A stretch of 63,655 nucleotides of DNA, the filler included, from Pelomyxa schiedti (taxonomy: Eukaryota; Protista; Evosea): NCBI GenBank assembly GCA_020536535.1. It is 13 parts of 13 records of this genome, joined end to end, with 100 filler letters (N's around TTAATTAATTAA, not from the genome) between each part and the next. Parts side by side here need not be neighbours in the genome. Positions count along the whole stretch, not along the records: positions 56,053 to 61,370 come from JAHLWZ010001506.1; positions 61,471 to 63,655 come from JAHLWZ010002087.1; 11 more parts are not named here. One strand, given 5' to 3'. Under the pieces are notes generated by a model. The model ran no database searches, was not told where the DNA came from, and saw only the letters and a program-made list of their open reading frames with translations. The number at the start of each line of letters is the position of its first letter. Positions within the stretch are counted from its first letter, which is position 1. The position numbers and the translations under genes were made by a program. Shown here piece by piece: positions 56,414 through 63,655 of this stretch.

Positions 56414-59187
56414 ATGCAGCTTGGTGCTGGGGCGTCAGTTCTCGGCCGGATCTACGACTTGTTGTCGGGGCGAAGATCCCCTCCCAAGGACGGCAATGAC
56501 GATAGTAACAGCAATAACAGTAAAGAGCAGTGTCGTAACATGGGGGGTGACCGGCCAATGTCGCGGCACGCCGAGGTTCTTTTTGTAGCACTCAAACGTG
56601 CTCACAGGGTATTCTTTGTTCTTTGTTCTTTGTTCTTTGTTCTTTGTTCTTTGTTCTTTGTTCTTTGTTCTTTGTTTTTTGTTTTTTGTTTTTTGTTTTT
56701 TGTTTTTTGTTTTTCAATGCTCATGTGGCGCTTCTTAAGGAGGCCATACTTGGAGTCGAGAAAACGAGACTATCTGTTCAGAACAGCAGGGAGCGATTGG
56801 AAGTGCTCGACAGGAGGCTACACGCTCTGTCGTACACGCATGCCCACTTGCAATCACAGATATCTGGTTGCCGGATGGCTGGGTATGCCATTTCGAACAT
56901 TGCCATCACACATTTTCATTTTGACTGTGTTGTGCCAAGGTTCCTTGCCTCTTCCATTTCGAAGCTGGCACCAGATAGTGTCTTTTTCAAAAGCAGTCTT
57001 GCACTGCAACTCCCATCACCACTTAATGTGCAACCGCCGTCGCCAACAACTTCTCCAACTGATGTGCACCTTTACACAAAGGCACGTCTGACTTTTGAAC
57101 TTGAATACCGGAAGAAGTACCTCCCTCCATCCATGCAAACAACATCCAACATTTTTTTTCCCTCTCCTCTAACCTGGTTCCTCCTGTTCTATGAAAAAGA
57201 TTGTTGGAACAATTAGAAGAAAGGAGAGCAAGGAAAAAAGCCCTCACGGAAATGCTCGCAGTCAACAAACGCTTCCTGATCTCAATCCCAGAATTAATCG
57301 GCAAACTCAAGCAAGATGCTCAGCAAGGGTCCCAGAGCTTCTCCGTCACAGTTCTTCCAACAGCACATGTGAATTCCTGCTTTTTACTTCCGCCGGCACT
57401 TTACACACTGTACACGAACATTTGGTCTTATGTCACTGCAAAAGGTGAGAGATCGTGCTGCACACGCTTCTTCTTACTATCAATCACTCACGAATACCGA
57501 AATAAGGTAGACCCAGATTTGACTGTCAGGATTATTGAAAGGAAACCGGAGGTTGGTGATATCACCAATACACCAGATTTAAACTGTATCCTTAACTTGA
57601 AGTGTTTAGACAACATGTGTGAGCCCTTACACGGTGGCACTTGAAATAACATCTGGTATAATCATCATTATTATTTATTGCCACCACCACATTTCCATTC
57701 CTGTTACTCCGTCTCAACAACGTTTGCTACCACTCAGAGATCAAGGTCACAATCTCTTTCGACCTCGTTGACTGTCAATCTGGTAACACACTTCCAAGTC
57801 TTCTTGTAGTTCCTTCCTCACAACAACACAAAGTGCCAGTCTGCAGTTGTGTCTGCAAGTCTTGCTGCCAGTCTGGGGGGAAGAAGATTTCCGTGACTTT
57901 GGTTTTCCCATCAGCAAACTCAAGTTCACAGTTCTCATTTGGGACTACTTTTCTGCTCAGTAACATATTCCCGGGTGACCCAGGGTTATCAACTGGGTCT
58001 GGGTAAGGTTTCCATCACTTCGCAACAACTCGTGACATTTTTGCCCACTAAGGAATTCGCAGCTTTTTATGTGGGCACAGTGGCTATCTGGGCTGCACAG
58101 TTCTCCTTTTGAGTGCCGTGATTTCATGGTGGAGGAAACATTGAAGAGATTGAAATGGAGACTGAAGGCACTCTCTTCCTTGTCAACACAGTTGAGTTTA
58201 TTACGTACGTACGAAAACAAAAACCTTTGCACCACTGAAAAATAAATCTCAATGATGTGCTGAACAGTGAAGGGAACAATTCTCCAAATTCCCAATTTTC
58301 CAAAAACCGGAACAGTGCTGTTGAGCTTCACTGAAATTCTTGAGGTGTTACCCATATTGTACTTTTTAATAAAATCACCCATTGACTGATTTACAATCAA
58401 AAAGACACAACCTCCCGCTGTTGCACTTGCGCCAAGTCAACCTTCCACTGCAGTACCCCCTCCACGCTCACCATCACCCAATACCTCTGTTGATCTTACA
58501 ACATCGGAAGCACTTGTAGAGGATGGCGAACTCACTTGCGGTGCACCTCCTCCACCACCGCCTCCGCCGCCAAAGCCAGTCACGCGGAGCACCACACCTC
58601 CCCCTTCTTCTTCACACACCGTAATACCGCAGCTGTCGTCGTTACAAAGGGTGCGAAGTTTCAGAGCAGTACTCACTTGCAGTAATAGTATGCCGCGTGC
58701 CACTTTTCAACAACCCACTAACACTTGAAGGACAAATGGAATGTGTCATCGAAATTACACCCCAATATCCAGTCATTTCTCCGCAGTGGTCTATCAAGCT
58801 GGGATCGATAACCGGAAGCGCTTCCGCTACGGGGTTACAGTCTCCGCTCCGGCCACCTCTTTCACCGGCACATAAACTCACCCAGATAATCTCACCTCAG
58901 CCGTCATCGCTTCTTTTCGATAACGCTCTGAAGGTTTCTCCCCAAATAAGAGTAACCCATCGGCCTCACGATTGCCAGGCAATTGAAGTGAGTATCAACT
59001 CCTTTGGCAAGGATGTTTCAAACTGGTATTGCACCAAAGCCAACTTGCTCTTGACGCACCAGCTCCGAAGTCTCCAAGTTTGTTCCCCTATTTTTTTTTT
59101 CTTTCCGTAACCCTCCCGCTATTTATATTTACCATACCCGGCACACACAATCAGGTTTTACTGGATTCCTATGTGGAAAGGTATTAA
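56414..59187 (+). CDS. THOC5: THO complex subunit 5 (FMIP) homolog; multi-exon
   Basis: FVALKRAHR..LDRRLHALSYTHAHLQSQISGC; ARLTFELEYRK..LLPPALYTLY; C-terminal IEITPQYPVISP..DNALKAIEVSIN..LLTHQLRSLQVLLDSYVE. These parallel THOC5 motifs. Confidence 0.8.
56612..56714 (+). repeat. (TTCTTTG)n / (TTTTTTG)n intronic minisatellite
   Basis: A 7-bp unit repeated ~14 times in THOC5 intron 1. Confidence 0.9.
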
Positions 59188-59506
59188 AATCCCTCTGAAT
59201 GTGTCTTTCAAGTAAGTAACCCTACTACAGCAACAAAGCAACGAGATGCGGCCGTGACCGGCACTTGATTATTGACACTACCACATTCCAAGTGGAATAG
59301 ATACCGAGAGCGGTAACCATTACTAGCGGTGCCAATAGCATTTTATAAAAATGAGGCGGTTGAAACAACCGAAAAACATAATGGCCTCTACCACCCACAA
59401 CACAACACTTTTTGTTGTTTTTCATTGCCAGATCCGATCAAATCAACAAAGGACGGCAGGAACAAATGACGGACACGTCGCCAAAGGCAACGACGCCGAC
59501 GTGTAA

Positions 59507-59854
59507 CAGCGGCGGCGTACCAGCGACGACCACCACCACGAGCATGACGACGACGACGACGACGACGACGAGGGAGATGGCGCCGGAGCGCGCGCCGTGA
59601 CGGTGTCGCGCGTGGTGTGGGACGCCGTGGGGCCCTGGCTCGTGCCCAAGCTGCGTAGGGGAGGGCGTCACCACCCGCTGAGGATCCTCAAGCACGCGGC
59701 GGCGACGCTGTGCGTGGTGGTCGGCGAGGCGCTGTGGGGCATCGTGCGCAGGGTGAGCCCCTCGTGGCGGCCCTTCCCAACAAGTGGAGTTGATCATCAC
59801 ATCGAGGAGGATGGAGAGGAGAGGGACAGAGAGAGGCGAAGAGCACTTAGTTGA
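59507..59854 (+). pseudogene. Truncated remnant carrying the N-terminal motif of the ankyrin-like family
   Basis: VSRVVWDAV...VVGEALWGIV resembles VSWVVWERVV...TAEAMFPMI. There is no in-frame ATG after an upstream TAA, and the frame stops early. Confidence 0.35.
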
Positions 59855-60762
59855 TCATGGTGAACAACGTTGTTGGGCGTGCAAGTACAAAGTACAAAGG
59901 CCAAACCCTTGTTTGCCTGTTTTGTTTATTTGGTACCGTTTATTTTTGAGATATTTACTACGATTATTTTATACATGTGCGATTTTACTTTTCTTTTTAT
60001 TTCGTTCAGAACTTATTCTCACCCCACACAGGTTGTTGGACAGACAACCACAGAGGCGGCCCTGCAGGTGACCAAGCAGTATATTTCCATTTTTTTTTTA
60101 AGTCTCACTCACCACATCCTAGACCCCATTCAGGTATCTTGTCTGCCCTTCCCTACATTTTCGGCACTTTGTGATCTCCTTCTGGTCAGTGGCTTCTTTT
60201 TTTTCTTTGTCTTTTTTCCCTCATCCTCAAGATATTATTTAGGTGCGGGGCGACCTGCCTAGAATCTATGTGATGGACAACAGAGTGCAATGTCAGGCCT
60301 TACCCCTTCAACCTTCACCACTAACACCCCTTACTCTTGCTCTCACTCTCACTCTTGCACAACACCACTCCCCTGGTCTCCTACACTCTGCCACATTCCC
60401 TTTTCGTTTTTACCTCCTCTTTGCTGTTGTTTCCCACTTCCCTTTTGGATGCCTGGTAGGTTGTTGATTGTGAAAAAAAGAATTTCACTTTTTCTACCTC
60501 CCATAAGTACCACCCACAGTAAAAAAAGCAGTACTTCTGAGAACTTCCGTGGTGGGAGAATGGGAACACCCCCCAGATAAGGTTGCAACGAACATTGCAT
60601 TGAAACGATGTAAGACCACCTCTTTGGCTTTCTCTCAGTGACTCAATGACTCTTGACCATTATTTGGCTTCAAAACCATTCCAGTGTGGGCAAGCTTTTT
60701 GATTTTGGTGGATCCGTAACAGAGCGCTCAGGGTGAGCCACGGAGGGTGGCTTGGGATCGCA

Positions 60763-60931
60763 GAGGTCATTGGAGCGGAAGCACGAATCACACACAGGAA
60801 CGGGCGGAGCGTTCATTCTAATGGAAGAATTATTTTTGTTGTTATTCTATTTACAATCTTTATGTGGTACAACGGTGGGGGATTCAAGGAAAGGCACGAG
60901 GTCATTGGAGCGGAAGCACGAATCACACACA
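60763..60931 (+). repeat. 34-bp perfect direct repeat (60763-60796 and 60898-60931)
   Basis: gaggtcattggagcggaagcacgaatcacacaca occurs twice. Confidence 0.9.
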
Positions 60932-61472
60932 ACTCAAATGGGAACGAGAGTCTTATCACTGTGCGGAGGGAGTATTATCGAGGGTGCTGTGGCTGATAGA
61001 AACCACCATATATACATCTTTCCTTGAAATCCAACTTTTTTTTTCGGATGTACACGCAATGATGACTGGCTCCATCTGTCGACGGTTGGAGGCTACGAAA
61101 AAAGCAACACAACGCACACATTGACAACACCCATGTTGCCCGAACTCAACACAACGACAACAGCAACATCGACAGCACCACAGGTCCCCACCGCGACGCA
61201 GGAGAAGGCGCAGGGGCAGGGGAGGGGCGGTGCCGCGCGCAGCGGGCGGCCGCCGTTGCTGCACCGCAGTGGCCCCCCAGGGACAGCAGCAAACTGGGGG
61301 AGGGGGAGGGGAGCGGGTGCCCTGCGCGGCGGCGGCGGTGGTGGTGGTGGGGGAGGGGGTGTTACAACAANNNNNNNNNNNNNNNNNNNNNNNNNNNNNN
61401 NNNNNNNNNNNNNNTTAATTAATTAANNNNNNNNNNNNNNNNNNNNNNNNNNNNNNNNNNNNNNNNNNNNTT

Positions 61473-62158
61473 GGAGTGCATGAAACGGAAAACAAACGTG
61501 CACGAGGGCGGCCTCGCTCCAGTGCATGAGTCGTCGCCAGGAGCTGCTACCACAGCGGAGATTCCTTTCCCTGGACTGTCCAAGGCCCGTTTTCCAAATC
61601 ATGTGTTGCAACTGAGCACGGTTGACTTTTTGTAACCGACACGAAGTTGGGGTCAAAAACCAAGCGAACGGAGAAAATTAAAAGAAAAAAAGTCAGTGCA
61701 ACGGCATTGGTGGCCGTGTCGCACGCGTGATGGTTTTCCATAGAATAGCTGGGGTATTTGTGTCCTTCTCCCTATTTCAAGTGTGCGTCGGCTACACTCC
61801 ACAGAGCAGCAACCGTAGGTCTCGTAGCCCGACGCCCCGACCCCCCCATTCTTTCGCCTGTCTCACCCGCGTTACACTTTCTACACTCGGGATGCAGTGT
61901 TCTACCTACGTCCGAGAGCCGAAACTTCCCAGCCACTTTTCGTGAACACACCACACAGCTCTGAATGAACCACTCTGTGGTGGATCGTCGAGACTCGTGG
62001 AATAAAGCCGAAGGCCGGCGACAAACAACTGCAACTGCGGGATTGATAAACAATTGCACTTACACTGAACTACTTTGAGGCAATCAAGTTAAGAAGGTAT
62101 TACGGGAAGGAGCGATCGCCAAAAAAGTCAATCTAACGGCCTATATCCAGGGCCAAGC
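61473..62158 (+). repeat. Left arm of ~685-bp inverted repeat
   Basis: Reverse complement of 62974-63655, with scattered substitutions and small indels. Confidence 0.97.
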
Positions 62159-62765
62159 TGCCAGAAATGAATGTGGTCCTCTGGATTAGGTCATCTAAAG
62201 GGGAGATGAGCGGCATGAAGTAGAGAGTGATTGGATAACTGTGGGCTCGATTGTCAGCTCTGCTCCCTGTTCCTGTCTGTGTCTGTGTCGAGAGACAGGA
62301 GAAAAGGTGAGTGGGGAAATTGAGACGCGAACGGCACACCGTTTCAGTGCCATTCTCACTCTCGATCTTGTTTCCCATGCTCTTGCTCTCTGCCATGCCA
62401 CTTGCGGTTTCTGTGAGCATCTCTCGATCTTCGTTGATTGTGAACGGCACGGACACGGAAACCGGTGCCGAGAAGAACGCGGAAGTGAAGGCGAAGCTAG
62501 AAGCGAGCAGCGCAGCCGGTTCTTGTGTCTCAGTCTCTGAGAGCGCAGGCGAAATGGAAAGCTTCGAAAACTTCTCCCGCAGTTCGAGGGCGCCTCTGGC
62601 GCGGGAATCCTTTTGCTTGCGTTGTATCCTTTGTTGCTTCGTGAGCGGGATTCCTTTTGGCTTGGCAGGGGCCGCGAACTTCCTTCTCGGTTTATCGTCC
62701 ACGGGCGCGGAACTCTGCACGTTGTGCATCACAGCGAGAGACGCAGAATTGTGGGTCTTGGTCAT
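62133..62765 (-). CDS. Small basic hypothetical protein between the inverted arms
   Basis: ATG-started ORF with a K/R-rich helix (LTKQQRIQRKQKDSRARGALELREKFSKLS) and a possible in-frame intron near 62285-62340. Its stop lies inside the left arm. Confidence 0.5.
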   Translation of the reverse strand: MTKTHNSASLAVMHNVQSSAPVDDKPRRKFAAPAKPKGIPLTKQQRIQRKQKDSRARGALELREKFSKLSISPALSETETQEPAALLASSFAFTSAFFSAPVSVSVPFTINEDREMLTETASGMAESKSMGNKIESENGTETVCRSRLNFPTHLFSCLSTQTQTGTGSRADNRAHSYPITLYFMPLISPLDDLIQRTTFISGSLALDIGR

Positions 62766-62973
62766 TCTTGCGCGAGTTGCTTTGACAGACACGTCGCACC
62801 CCCAGTGACTGGTTTTGCTTTTTGTTTTGTTTTGTTTTTTGGCTTGGTTCTTTCTTTCTGTCTGTTTCGTCTGTTTGGCGAGACATTCAGTGAAGGAGAA
62901 ATCGAAATATCCTCAACAATTTCCCAATTTCCAATCCAGACGCAAAACAAACAAGAGAAGTCGTATCACCGGC

Positions 62974-63655
62974 GCTTGGCCCTGGATATAGGCCGTTAGA
63001 TTGACTTTTTTGGCGCTCGCTCCTTCCCGTAATACCTTCTTAACTTGATTGCCTCAAAGTAGTTCAGTGCAAGTGCAATTGTTTATCAATCCCGAAGTTG
63101 CAGTTGTTTGTCGCCGGCCTTCGGCTTTATTCCACGTGACAAGCAGTCTCGACGATCCACCACAGAGTGGTTCATTCAGAGCTGTGTGGTGTGTTCACGA
63201 AAAGTGGCTGGGAAGTTTCGGCTCTCGGACGTGGGTCGAACGCTACTTCCCGAGTGTAGAAAGTGTAACGCGGGTGAGACAGGCGAAAGAATGGGGGGGT
63301 CGGGGCGTCGGGCTACGGGACCTACGGTTGCTGCTCTGTGGAGTGCACTTGAAATTGGGAGAAGGACACAAATACCCCAGCTATTCTATGGAAAACCATC
63401 ACGCGTGCGACACGGCCACCAATGCCGTTGCACTGACTTTTTTTCTTTTAATTCCCTCCGTTCGCTTGGTTTTTGACCCCAACTTCGTGTCGGTTACAAA
63501 AGTCAACCGTGCTCAGTTGCAACACATGATTTGGAAAACGGGCCTTGGACAGCCCAGGGAAAGGAAACTCCGCTGTGGTAGCAGCTCCTGGCGACGATTC
63601 ATGCACTGGAGCGAGGCCGCCCTCGTGCACGTTTGTTTTCCGTTTCATTCACTCC
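62974..63655 (-). repeat. Right arm of ~685-bp inverted repeat
   Basis: Reverse complement of 61473-62158. Confidence 0.97.

Noticed and set aside
60763-60931. 34-bp direct repeat as a CRISPR array
   Set aside because: Only two copies, a 101-nt spacer, no cas genes, and a eukaryotic context.
4197-61470. Recurring TTAATTAATTAA motif as a biological repeat, and gene neighbourhoods across it
   Set aside because: It is always centred in 88 Ns, so it is an artificial six-frame-stop linker. Adjacent contigs are not linked.
61473-63655. rRNA, tRNA or rDNA palindrome centre
   Set aside because: No recognisable rRNA or tRNA sequence. A B-box-like GTTCGACCC occurs in only one arm.

Overview
This is eukaryotic genomic DNA, not one contiguous locus. 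Thirteen contigs are joined by twelve artificial 100-nt spacers (44N-TTAATTAATTAA-44N, stops in all six frames), and there is one plain 100-N scaffold gap at 23660-23759. Short GT-AG introns, compact gene spacing, an anaerobe-type ferredoxin-nitroreductase and the expanded orphan families suggest an anaerobic amoebozoan; a Pelomyxa-like archamoeba is my inference, not a database result. Recognisable genes: a CBM48 (AMPK-beta-type glycogen-binding) domain fused to an actin-related protein, MORN, protein kinase, multi-PLAT (LOXHD1-like), Sel1 repeats (one gene, one pseudogene), a TRIM-like RING/B-box/filamin/SPRY protein, two ankyrin-like proteins, a PI3K C-terminus, ferredoxin-nitroreductase, spartin/senescence domain, an RPEL-RhoGAP-SH2 protein, a membrane-anchored sugar O-methyltransferase and THOC5. 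There are also about 10 members of a mostly intronless orphan family with an 'ARDQFLAL..HPRCG..SP' motif. The best novelty candidates are: (1) a two-gene, intron-rich IS630/Tc1 (DD34E) transposon with a convergent Cys-rich partner gene; (2) the glycogen-binding-module/actin fusion; (3) the expanded HPRCG, putatively F-box-like, family; (4) a cassette of ~685-bp diverged inverted repeats around a small basic-protein gene. Spliced gene models were assembled by eye, and their exon boundaries are approximate.
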